A DNA stretch of 30,554 bases from Desulfurella sp. (GTDB lineage: Bacteria > Campylobacterota_A > Desulfurellia > Desulfurellales > Desulfurellaceae), in assembly GCA_031960885.1 (NCBI GenBank), contig JAVRLY010000008.1, positions 1 through 30,554 on the forward strand, read 5' to 3'. Positions 7,755-17,183 of the stretch are shown in pieces (the first letter of the stretch is position 1; each line of letters opens with the position of its first letter). The notes under the pieces are model-generated. The model was not told the DNA's origin. It did not search any database and worked only from the letters and a program-made list of their open reading frames with translations. The position numbers and the translations under genes are program-made.

Positions 7755-9233
7755 ATGAAAAAAACATTGGTAATTGCAGGCATTGTCTTGTTACTTATTT
7801 TTATTGGTGGCGTGTCGTGGTTTTTAGCAAGCACACAAAACAGACAATCCCCTCAAATAGTAGCTAACAACCCAAGCGTAGCTGCAAATAATTCAAACTT
7901 GCGTTATGCAAATATTGCGTATAGTGAAAAAATCACTTTATCAAAAGGTAAAGGTGTTACAAAAGAAGCTGCTAGCTGCATTGAGTGCCATTCAAAAGAA
8001 ACGCCTGCTATTGTACAAGATTGGTCAAAAAGCTCTATGGCACATGCTGGAGTCAGTTGCATAGATTGCCATGCTGTTAAAAAAGATAACCCAATGGCAA
8101 ACCAAAACTGTCCTGGCGTAAAGGGTACAAATATCTATGTTAGTGCAATGGTCTCACCAAAGACTTGTGCAAAATGTCATCCAAGTGAAGTAAAAGAATT
8201 TGAAGAAAGCGGCCATGCTAGAGCCGCCATTCATATAGTAGCCCTAAAACCCGACCAAGCATTACTTGCTCATGAAGATATGAATATGCCACAATTTAAA
8301 GATGCTGTTTTGTTAACAGGTTGTGCGCAATGTCACGGCTCAATAATTAAAATGGGGCCCAACCACATGCCAACTATAGGCACATGGCCAAGCCATGGCA
8401 TAGGCAATGTGTATCCAGATGGTGGAGTTGGCAATTGTGCTGCCTGCCATTTTAATCATCAATTTTCCGTAGCGCAAGCAAGAAAACCATCGTCTTGTGC
8501 TACATGTCACTTAGGTCCAGATCACCCAGACATTGAAGTTTACGAAAACTCTGTGCATGGTGCTTTATTTGCTGCTCATGGAGATAAATGGCATTGGGAC
8601 AGCCCTCCTGGTGCTTGGATAGCTGGCGTTGATTATAATGCGCCCACTTGTGCAACATGCCACATGAGCGGCATTAATGGTTTGCAACCAACTCATAACA
8701 TTGACATGAGATTGAAATGGAATCTTTGGGCGCCTATATCCAAAGAACGCACTGGCGGATACGAGACGGCTGCATTTGAGTATATGAAAACTGGCAAATT
8801 TACAGCTGGAAACCCACTAGCTGGAAACCCCAAAGGGCCACAAGAAGCAAGAAAAGAAATGTTGCAAGCATGTACTGCTTGTCATACATACACGTTTGCA
8901 AATAACTATTTAAGCATGGCTGACAAACAAATAGAACTATACAACAAATATGCTCATGCTGCTTCTGAAATGATTAATACCTTAGAAAAAAGGCATTTGA
9001 TGATGAAAGACCCTTGGGCTGATCCAGCCTTTAGAACTTATTACTACATGTGGCATCATGAAGGCAGAAGAATGCGACAAGGCGCAGCTATGGAAGGACC
9101 AGATTACTCTCATTGGCACGGTGTGTTCCAGCTACAACAAAGCTTAAGAATACTTCAAGCTATATATAACCAACGCATGAAAGATGGCAAAATTGATCCA
9201 AACCAAATAGGTGGCGTTGGTATGGGTGAGTAG
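7755..9233 (+). CDS. Octaheme cytochrome c, hydroxylamine oxidoreductase family (epsilon-HAO-like, reductive type)
   Basis: Eight CxxCH motifs, CH.GPDHP, APTCATCHM, and C-terminal MWHHEGRR...MEGPDYSHWHG. Hydrophobic N-terminal signal/anchor. Confidence 0.9.
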   Translation: MKKTLVIAGIVLLLIFIGGVSWFLASTQNRQSPQIVANNPSVAANNSNLRYANIAYSEKITLSKGKGVTKEAASCIECHSKETPAIVQDWSKSSMAHAGVSCIDCHAVKKDNPMANQNCPGVKGTNIYVSAMVSPKTCAKCHPSEVKEFEESGHARAAIHIVALKPDQALLAHEDMNMPQFKDAVLLTGCAQCHGSIIKMGPNHMPTIGTWPSHGIGNVYPDGGVGNCAACHFNHQFSVAQARKPSSCATCHLGPDHPDIEVYENSVHGALFAAHGDKWHWDSPPGAWIAGVDYNAPTCATCHMSGINGLQPTHNIDMRLKWNLWAPISKERTGGYETAAFEYMKTGKFTAGNPLAGNPKGPQEARKEMLQACTACHTYTFANNYLSMADKQIELYNKYAHAASEMINTLEKRHLMMKDPWADPAFRTYYYMWHHEGRRMRQGAAMEGPDYSHWHGVFQLQQSLRILQAIYNQRMKDGKIDPNQIGGVGMGE

Positions 9234-9244
9234 TATACAATTGT

Positions 9245-9281
9245 TTTAAAGCAGCCAAATCTTTATTTTGGCTGCTTTAAA
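9245..9281. terminator. Stem-loop, probable terminator of napC-hao
   Basis: 15-bp inverted repeat TTTAAAGCAGCCAAA / TTTGGCTGCTTTAAA. Confidence 0.7.
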
Positions 9282-9285
9282 CACT

Positions 9286-9732
9286 ATGGTAAGAAAATTA
9301 ATGGAAATAAAAAAGTATCAACAAGACAATTTTGATTCGCTACCTAATTTAGCATTTGGATTATGGCTAAAAATAAGTTTAAAGTTGCTAATTATTATAA
9401 CCATAGTTATATTTGTTTTTATTGAATCAATTAAAATAAATTATATCAAAGCAAATTTTTCATTTTTAATACTTTTTATAGCTACAATAATATCAAGCAT
9501 CATTGTAATCAACAAAGAATTCTCTAAAATAGCGATTAATTTAAACAAAAAATTACACCCATTTTTCAGCATAGCATGGCGTGAAACTATATTGTCTGTG
9601 CCAGCCATTTTTATCATAGCTTATTTTTCTAAAGGTGACATTTTAGGTAGATTTATATGTATAATGACTCAACTATTACTACTATACCCTGCAATTGTTT
9701 TGTACTTAAATAAGATTTTTAAGCAATATTAA
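9286..9732 (+). CDS. Hypothetical membrane protein (~4 TM)
   Basis: Open frame with four hydrophobic segments. Start uncertain (9286 or 9301). Confidence 0.6.
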   Translation: MVRKLMEIKKYQQDNFDSLPNLAFGLWLKISLKLLIIITIVIFVFIESIKINYIKANFSFLILFIATIISSIIVINKEFSKIAINLNKKLHPFFSIAWRETILSVPAIFIIAYFSKGDILGRFICIMTQLLLLYPAIVLYLNKIFKQY

Positions 9733-9836
9733 TTTTGCAAATTATTATAAAGTTTAAAAACGCTTTCACGCTCGCATTTGTGCATAATTTTCATATAAAT
9801 GTTGAAATTTTATTTTTTAAGCTTATGTTAATACTA

Positions 9837-10154
9837 ATGAAAATGAATTTTGATTTAAAATTTATAGAAAACATAACAAAAATGAAACAAAACACAATCA
9901 AAGAAAATGTAGAGTTCTTTTGCAATCTCCCACTTCAAGCTCAAGTTGAAATATTTTACCAAATGAAAATAATTGAAGAAGATGATGAATATGCTTTTTT
10001 TCAACAAAATTACAATAAAGATAACGTTGGTGAATATAGGTTTTCTTTATTTCTTATAACTATTGAGCGTTTTAGGAATTTTATGCAAAATGCATCAAAA
10101 TCTAATTATGGACTATCAAAATTAAAAAAATTAAATAGTCTAAAAAACTTATAA
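9837..10154 (+). CDS. Hypothetical protein, possibly a remnant
   Basis: Open frame in very AT-rich DNA with no recognised motif. Start uncertain. Confidence 0.45.
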   Translation: MKMNFDLKFIENITKMKQNTIKENVEFFCNLPLQAQVEIFYQMKIIEEDDEYAFFQQNYNKDNVGEYRFSLFLITIERFRNFMQNASKSNYGLSKLKKLNSLKNL

Positions 10155-10326
10155 TAAGTTCATCAGACATTCAATTATCTAACTTCTTAAAAATACTAGT
10201 AAAATGCGTTTTTAATGCAATAAACCTTTATCTTAATTAAAATCAAAAAATTTAAAAATCTTATGAATGTATTTTCTCAATGAGCTTGATTAAATATAGA
10301 CTAATGCATATTTATGTGTTATGTAA

Positions 10327-11319
10327 TTAACCTTTCAAAAACTTACTTATGGTCTCAAAAACCGTAGCGTAATCTAAAACACTAAAGCACTTCAAATGCC
10401 CATTAATTTTGGGATATGGACATTTTTTCCAATCATTGCAAGGCTGGCAATCCAAACGAGCCGTTATTTTTATCGTTTTTTCGTTACTTGGAAACCAACC
10501 AGAACTAAAGCCAATAATTATAAATGCCAACGTATTTTGACTTACAGCTACATGGCCACCAAAAGAATCATTGCCAATGAAAAAATCTGCTTTTTTTATC
10601 AAATAAGCCAATTCTTTAATATTAAGATTTGAAACTATATGAAATTGTTTGCTTAAATTAAGTTTGTTTATAGTATCTGATTCGTTGGGTGCAACTACGA
10701 TAATTGGCACATAATGCAATTCTTTGTAAATCTTGTTTATCAATTGGTCAAAATAATCCAAAGGCCAACTTTTAATTGTCCTCCTAGCTGTTGGCATAAC
10801 GACAAAAAATTTATCTGCAATGTTCATGTTTTTTAACATTGTATCTATTTTATCTTTTACATCATCGCCGTAATACAATTCAGGCAAATAGCGGCCTTTT
10901 TTAGTTTTTATACCCATTGGTTTTAACAATAAAAGCCTATCATCTACTGTATAATCGCAGTTTTCATGCTCTACTAAACAATTGTAATAAAAATTGTCAT
11001 TGTCTTTTCTAAAGGCTATTTTTTTTGTAGCTTTGCTCAACAAACTAATCCTTTTTGTTGTTGCCGTCCTTTGAACATCAATCAAATAATCGTACATTTT
11101 ATTTCTTATTGTTTTTATTGTAGACAATTCATTGACTAAACCCTTTTTAATCGCTATTACATTATCTATGTAAGGGTTAAGCTCTACAATGTCTTTTGCG
11201 TTTAATGATGTTAGAAAATCTACTTGAGCATTAGAAATATGCTCTTTAATGGTTTTTGCTAAAGTGCTCGTTAACAGCACATCGCCCAATTGCTTAAGTT
11301 GTATGATAAGAATTTTCAT
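10327..11319 (-). CDS. Glycosyltransferase family 9 (LPS heptosyltransferase-like)
   Basis: MKILII....LGDVLL, KSWP and FFIGNDS..GHVA. Confidence 0.92.
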   Translation of the reverse strand: MKILIIQLKQLGDVLLTSTLAKTIKEHISNAQVDFLTSLNAKDIVELNPYIDNVIAIKKGLVNELSTIKTIRNKMYDYLIDVQRTATTKRISLLSKATKKIAFRKDNDNFYYNCLVEHENCDYTVDDRLLLLKPMGIKTKKGRYLPELYYGDDVKDKIDTMLKNMNIADKFFVVMPTARRTIKSWPLDYFDQLINKIYKELHYVPIIVVAPNESDTINKLNLSKQFHIVSNLNIKELAYLIKKADFFIGNDSFGGHVAVSQNTLAFIIIGFSSGWFPSNEKTIKITARLDCQPCNDWKKCPYPKINGHLKCFSVLDYATVFETISKFLKG

Positions 11320-12449
11320 GTTTTGATAAAATCCTTCGGTATTAATCCTTTACTTGCATACACATCAAAAAGGATTTTAAAATAATTATCCCACGTATAA
11401 TTCATCGCAATTTTCTCAAAATTTAACGATAAATTATCCAATTTTTGAGGGTTATTTAGTAAGTCTACAAGCACATTTGCAAAATCAATGGGAGTAGGAT
11501 TTTTCAAAACCAGCTCTTTTGTGTTGTTTAAGTAAAGCTCTGATGCTCCAACCATATTTGAAGTTATTACAGGAACACCGCAAGCCATTGCTTCCAATAA
11601 AACCATGCCAAATTCTTCCAACAAAGCTGGATGGACAAGTATATCCAAAGATTTAATGATGAATTCTATTGCTTGTGTTGGCTTAATATAGATTATATTT
11701 CTTGCAAATTCTTTATACTTTGATAAATATAAATCAAAATTTTTTTCTTTTCCAACAACAACAAAAGTAATTTTTGATATTAAATCTTTAGGTAGTAATG
11801 TCAACATGTCAAAAAAAACATCTATGCCCCTTTTCTTTAAATTACCAGATGTTACAAAACCTACTATATATTCTGTGAGTATATTATACCTTTCTTTAAA
11901 TTGTTTTCGCGAAATTTTTTTATTTTTGGTATTGAATATTAAAGGATCAAAACCAGGATAGATTACAGCTATTTTTTCATCTGCAATTTTGTATTTTTGT
12001 TGAATAAAAACTTTCATCAAATTAGAATTACATATAAGCAGTTCAAATGTATTCTTTCTTAAAATTTCATCGTGAATTAAAAATGTATTATCTAATGAAT
12101 AATTTTCTTTTTTTTGCACAAATTTTAGTTCTAATTCAACTAAATTATGCATAAAAAGGACTTTTTGGTCAATCGTATCGCTATTGCCTACAGACAAATC
12201 AATCTTTAACTTGTTACAAAAATCTTTAAATTTGAGTGCAAAATCTTTTCTCCTTGCTTGTTTAAAAGGATTTAAAGAAAAAAAACGTTGGATATTTATC
12301 CCTTTTGGAATTATGTTTTTATCATAACGTGAAACATACAGATAAACTTCAGCACCTGCATCTTTAAATCTTTTAGCTTGCTCCAATATAATGCGACTTG
12401 CGCCATTTTTGCCCAATATATTTCTATTTGCAATTGCAACTTTAAACAT
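11316..12449 (-). CDS. Glycosyltransferase family 4
   Basis: KKRG and EEFGMVLLEAMACGVPVI. Confidence 0.92.
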   Translation of the reverse strand: MFKVAIANRNILGKNGASRIILEQAKRFKDAGAEVYLYVSRYDKNIIPKGINIQRFFSLNPFKQARRKDFALKFKDFCNKLKIDLSVGNSDTIDQKVLFMHNLVELELKFVQKKENYSLDNTFLIHDEILRKNTFELLICNSNLMKVFIQQKYKIADEKIAVIYPGFDPLIFNTKNKKISRKQFKERYNILTEYIVGFVTSGNLKKRGIDVFFDMLTLLPKDLISKITFVVVGKEKNFDLYLSKYKEFARNIIYIKPTQAIEFIIKSLDILVHPALLEEFGMVLLEAMACGVPVITSNMVGASELYLNNTKELVLKNPTPIDFANVLVDLLNNPQKLDNLSLNFEKIAMNYTWDNYFKILFDVYASKGLIPKDFIKT

Positions 12450-13491
12450 TTTTTAACGACAAACCCTTTTCAAGTAAATCTTTATACAATGATATGTAAT
12501 CATGAGTCATTTTTTGATAGCTAAAATTTTGAACAAAGTCATAAGCTTTTTGTGTTAAAATTTTAGCCAATGCACTATCGTCTAATAATTGTTCTATTGA
12601 TTGCGCTAAAATTTTTGGGTTCTTAGGAGGTACTATAATACCTCTTTCGTTTTTACCCAAAAGCTCAGGTATGCCACCTACATTTGTTGCAACTACAGGT
12701 TTTTTAAACAAAAAAGCCTGAAGTATACTTGAACACAAACCTTCATACACTGAAGAAATTACAAATACATCCATTGCTGCCAAATAATTTTGTATATCTT
12801 TTTTAAATCCTAAGAAAAAGAAATTTTTTTGTAAACCTTTCTGTATAACATAATTTTCAAGCTCGCTTCTTAATTTTCCTTCACCCAATACCAAAAAAGT
12901 AGCGTTTTTGCCAAACATACTTGCTGCACAAACAAGCGTTTTGTGGTCTTTTTGCTCTGTTAATGCTCCAATGTTTACAATAAGCGGTGGTTTATAAACA
13001 GATCTGATGGATGCAACTTTTTGTTTGTCGACTTGATTAACCAAATTTAAATCTACAGCTGAGTAAATTACCTTAGAATCTACATTGAGGCGTTGAAGCA
13101 AAATATCTTTAATAGCTTGCGATATACCAACAACTCTATCAGTTAATAAATATTTTAATTTTGAAAGTCTTTTTTGGTTATAATCAACTCTCCTTGTATA
13201 CGCAAGTGGTTTCCCCGTAACTAATTTTAATATAACCCCCAATGTATGAGCTTTTGCTGAATGAGCATGTATAATATCAAATGTTTTTGCAAGCCTTATT
13301 AATGTAATATAATCTTTAAAATGTTTTAGATCTAGAGCTTCAAAACCAATATTTTTTGCTCTATTATAGAGCTCATCAGTACATACAATTAAAGAGTCTA
13401 TATTGTGTTCTTTAAGCCCTTGTGCTAAGTACAATACTTGCTGCTCACCGCCACGCAATCCTTTTTCTGTGTCTAAATGCAACACTTTCAT
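12442..13491 (-). CDS. Glycosyltransferase family 4
   Basis: RGGEQQ, EQKDH and EGLCSSILQAF..KKPVVATNVGGIPE. Confidence 0.92.
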   Translation of the reverse strand: MKVLHLDTEKGLRGGEQQVLYLAQGLKEHNIDSLIVCTDELYNRAKNIGFEALDLKHFKDYITLIRLAKTFDIIHAHSAKAHTLGVILKLVTGKPLAYTRRVDYNQKRLSKLKYLLTDRVVGISQAIKDILLQRLNVDSKVIYSAVDLNLVNQVDKQKVASIRSVYKPPLIVNIGALTEQKDHKTLVCAASMFGKNATFLVLGEGKLRSELENYVIQKGLQKNFFFLGFKKDIQNYLAAMDVFVISSVYEGLCSSILQAFLFKKPVVATNVGGIPELLGKNERGIIVPPKNPKILAQSIEQLLDDSALAKILTQKAYDFVQNFSYQKMTHDYISLYKDLLEKGLSLKNV

Positions 13492-13554
13492 CTACTCTAT
13501 AATATTTTTTAAAAGATGTTTGTCAAATACTATATAACTATATTAATTTTGATT

Positions 13555-13920
<366 letters not shown>

Positions 13921-13935
13921 AATAGGGGTGAATTT

Positions 13936-13963
13936 AATATAATGACTTTTTAAAATATGTCAA
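13936..13963 (-). promoter_or_regulatory. ssrA promoter
   Basis: TTGACA-N16-TATATT. Confidence 0.65.
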
Positions 13964-13980
13964 GTTTTAAAAGATTTTTA

Positions 13981-14009
13981 TTGACTTTTAATTATTAAAG
14001 GTTTATACT
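13981..14009 (+). promoter_or_regulatory. Promoter of the RRM gene
   Basis: TTGACT-N17-TATACT. Confidence 0.7.
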
Positions 14010-14071
14010 AAAAACAATTGGTGTAGACTATTATAGGTCTCATCGTAAAATTCTTTTTTGGAGTGTGTTTT

Positions 14072-14356
14072 GTGAATACGAACAAGTTGTATGTCGGTAA
14101 TTTAAATTACCGAACAACAGAAGAGAAACTTAAAGAAGTTTTCTCAGGTTATGGCAGTGTGGTATCGGTTAAAGTTATTGAAGGCAAAGGTTTTGGCTTT
14201 GTAGAAATGGAATCAAAAGATGATGCTCAAAAGGCTAAAGACGCTTTAGACAACTCAGATTTAGATGGTAGAAACATCAGAGTTGATGAAGCAAAACCAA
14301 GGGAGTCAAGCCCAAGACCAAGATCTAACTACTCTAACTCAAGAAACAGATTTTAA
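14072..14356 (+). CDS. RRM (RNP-1) RNA-binding protein
   Basis: RNP2 LYVGNL and RNP1 KGFGFVEM. GTG start behind GGAG. Confidence 0.95.
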   Translation: MNTNKLYVGNLNYRTTEEKLKEVFSGYGSVVSVKVIEGKGFGFVEMESKDDAQKAKDALDNSDLDGRNIRVDEAKPRESSPRPRSNYSNSRNRF

Positions 14357-14367
14357 TCTTCTTTTAA

Positions 14368-14389
14368 AGCAGAGCCATTGTGCTCTGCT
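14368..14389. terminator. Stem-loop between convergent RRM gene and hemW
   Basis: AGCAGAGC-N6-GCTCTGCT. Confidence 0.55.
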
Positions 14390-14395
14390 GATATA

Positions 14396-15502
14396 TTATA
14401 TAAAATCAGAAAGTATATAATTTGAAATAAGTGTTTTTTTGGTGTTAGAAATTTTGATTGAGTAATTACTTTTTCTCAATGTTTTTAAATCGTAGTGTTT
14501 TGATAGTTGCTTCTCATATATCCTTTCTATGTCGCAATTGTAAAGTTGGTTAAATTGTTTAATATTCACGCCTTTTCTCATGCGCATACCCAAGACAAAT
14601 GCCTCTTTTATTCTTTTTTGAGAGCTTAATTTCTCTTTTTTTGTAACTGCACTTTTACCTTCATAAATTTTACTTATATATTCATTCAAACTACTTGTAT
14701 TTTTATACCTTATGCCATCAATAAACGAACTTGAGCTTAAACCAAAGCCCACATAATTAAAGCCCATCCAATATGCTAGATTATGCTTGCTTTCAAAGCC
14801 TTTTTTTGCAAAATTAGATACCTCATATTGATAAATGTTGTTCAATTTTAAAGATTTAACTAAATACATGTATTGTTTTTCAATATTTTCTTCTGATAAC
14901 ACAATATGTTGTTTATAAAATGGTGTACCTTTTTCGATAGATAAAATGTATGCTGATAGATGTGTTACAGGAAAACTTGTTGCATAGTTTAAATCTTTTT
15001 TAAAATCCTCAAATTCCTCAAATCCATATATTAAATCTATACTGACATTTTGAAATACTTCTATTGAGTGTTCAACCGCTAAAAAACTTTGATTTGAATT
15101 ATGAATCCTTTGCAAAAAAGCTAATTTTTTATCAAGAAAAGACTGAACTCCAAGACTTACGCGGTTTATGCCTATCTCTTTTAATTGTTTGAGGTAGCTT
15201 AATTTTGCATCATTTGGGTTAATTTCTATTGTTATCTCACAACCTGCTTCAACTTTATATCTTCTTAAAGTATTAAAAATCAGCTGTATCTCACTTGGTT
15301 TTAATAAAGATGGCGTGCCGCCACCTAAATATATTGTTTTAATAGTAAAATCACAGCTACCATTAAAGAAACACTCAATTTCTTTAATTAATGCATTTAG
15401 GTATTCTTGTTTTGTACTCAGTGCTTTTTCGTAAGAAACAAAAGAACAATAAGGGCACTTTTTATAACAATACGGTATGTGAATATAAACATACACATTC
15501 AT
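14396..15502 (-). CDS. hemW: Radical SAM heme chaperone HemW (HemN-like)
   Basis: YIHIPYCYKKCPYCSF, GGGTPS, YEVSNF and HNLAYW. Confidence 0.9.
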   Translation of the reverse strand: MNVYVYIHIPYCYKKCPYCSFVSYEKALSTKQEYLNALIKEIECFFNGSCDFTIKTIYLGGGTPSLLKPSEIQLIFNTLRRYKVEAGCEITIEINPNDAKLSYLKQLKEIGINRVSLGVQSFLDKKLAFLQRIHNSNQSFLAVEHSIEVFQNVSIDLIYGFEEFEDFKKDLNYATSFPVTHLSAYILSIEKGTPFYKQHIVLSEENIEKQYMYLVKSLKLNNIYQYEVSNFAKKGFESKHNLAYWMGFNYVGFGLSSSSFIDGIRYKNTSSLNEYISKIYEGKSAVTKKEKLSSQKRIKEAFVLGMRMRKGVNIKQFNQLYNCDIERIYEKQLSKHYDLKTLRKSNYSIKISNTKKTLISNYILSDFI

Positions 15503-16011
15503 ACTGCAAATTGTTTGATAATAATGTTGTGTTTTTTTTCTTCGTAAGTATCAATTAAATGGTATTTTTTTTCAAATAAAACTGAACTTTGATGTTTAAT
15601 GTCAAAGTACGATACTTTATCGGATAATCTTAAAGCCAAATTAAAAAGTTTACTGCCAACTAAATAATCTACAACAAAGATACGTGCTGTTTTTTTTGCA
15701 GTCTTATCTATAATGTTTGCTATATCGTTTTCGTTTAAACTATTTTTACATAAAAATACTACAAAGCAATCGAATAAAATACTATGCGAACAAGAGTTTA
15801 TATTTTCAACATTGCAATCATATATGTGCTTTTTATCAATGTGTTCAAATAAAATAGACTTTAAATAATTTACTTCTTTGTAAAACACCAAAATATTTTC
15901 AAAACTTTCAGGCTTAACATATCTTACAGTATCAACTATATGCGGCTCATACCTTAAATTCCTAATAAATCCTATTTTGACAAATTTATTAAACCAATCT
16001 TCAAACCCCAT
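15499..16011 (-). CDS. Hypothetical protein
   Basis: ORF overlapping both mnmA and hemW in operon fashion. Confidence 0.7.
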   Translation of the reverse strand: MGFEDWFNKFVKIGFIRNLRYEPHIVDTVRYVKPESFENILVFYKEVNYLKSILFEHIDKKHIYDCNVENINSCSHSILFDCFVVFLCKNSLNENDIANIIDKTAKKTARIFVVDYLVGSKLFNLALRLSDKVSYFDIKHQSSVLFEKKYHLIDTYEEKKHNIIIKQFAV

Positions 16012-16969
16012 CTATTCTCCCACATCCAACTATTAGATCATTATGGTAAAATACAGCTATCTGACCTTTCGTTATAGCAAACATAGCATCATCTAAAATG
16101 ACTTTATTTTCAAATATGTCGATTTTAGCTGTTGTCTGTTTTGCTCGATACCTTACAACGCACGTCACTTTATTATAATGAAACCATTCTCTATCCTTTA
16201 GTAAGTGTACATTGCTAATGAAAAATTCATTTGAATAAATCTCATCTTTTTTTGCAATTGCAATATCGCCAGAAGCTGCGTCTATACTTTTAACATAGTA
16301 AGGTTCGTTAGAAAACTTTATACCTTTTCTTTGACCTATTGTGTAATTATGAAAACCATTATGTTGACTTACAATCTGACCATTACAAATAATATTGCCA
16401 CTTTTTGTGGAACCAATTAAACTTCTATAGTCTTTTACAAAACACAAATCACTGCTTTCTTTTAAATCTAAATTAAATAGCAAATTGGACTTAATGTCCT
16501 TTTTCTCAAAATCTTTAAGCGGAAATATGGTACGCTCTATTACATGCTTTGGAAGGTATGCTAAAAAATACGATTGGTCCTTATCTGAAAAGTGCTTTTT
16601 AATAAATCCATCTTGCGTATTGGCATAGTGGCCTGTTGCTATGTAATCTATGTTTTTTTTATTGGCTTCTTCAATTAAAAACTTGAATTTAACAAGCGGA
16701 TTGCATATGCTACAAGGGTTTGGCGTAAAGCCGCACTTATAGTCTTTTATAAAACTATCAATAACAGTATTTTTAAATTCGGCCCTAATATCAATCGTAT
16801 AAAAATCTATATCGTATTTGTTAAATAATCTTATTACCTCTTGGGTCATATTGTTTTGGCCTGTAAGCAAAAAATGCACTGCACTTACCTTGTAGCCTTT
16901 GCTTGATAGATGAATGGCAGCAAACGTACTATCAATACCGCCACTTACGCCAACAAGAACACTCTCCAA
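16001..16969 (-). CDS. mnmA: tRNA 2-thiouridine synthase
   Basis: SGGIDS, TPNPC..CN, ATGHYA, DQSYFL, YTIGQRKG and GQIAVFY. TTG start behind GAGG. Confidence 0.95.
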   Translation of the reverse strand: MESVLVGVSGGIDSTFAAIHLSSKGYKVSAVHFLLTGQNNMTQEVIRLFNKYDIDFYTIDIRAEFKNTVIDSFIKDYKCGFTPNPCSICNPLVKFKFLIEEANKKNIDYIATGHYANTQDGFIKKHFSDKDQSYFLAYLPKHVIERTIFPLKDFEKKDIKSNLLFNLDLKESSDLCFVKDYRSLIGSTKSGNIICNGQIVSQHNGFHNYTIGQRKGIKFSNEPYYVKSIDAASGDIAIAKKDEIYSNEFFISNVHLLKDREWFHYNKVTCVVRYRAKQTTAKIDIFENKVILDDAMFAITKGQIAVFYHNDLIVGCGRIDGV

Positions 16970-17183
16970 TTTTTTTCCACCTCACGCTCTCTAAATACAT
17001 ATATTAATATAACATGCATACATTCAAATTGCAAAGCTATATAAACATAAGCAGTTTATGTTAAAAATATCTTTTTAATAAAATTAATTTTTTTCTTGAA
17101 TTTAAGCGTGTTTTGTGTTAGAAAAAAGTAGGGGGAAACGCAAATTTGCACTTGTGTAGATTTTTGTCATCTATGAGGTTAAA

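Noticed and set aside
17044..17062. AACATAA-N5-TTATGTT palindrome between mnmA and the crotonase gene
   Set aside because: Single AT-rich instance that could be chance. No matching regulator or second copy.
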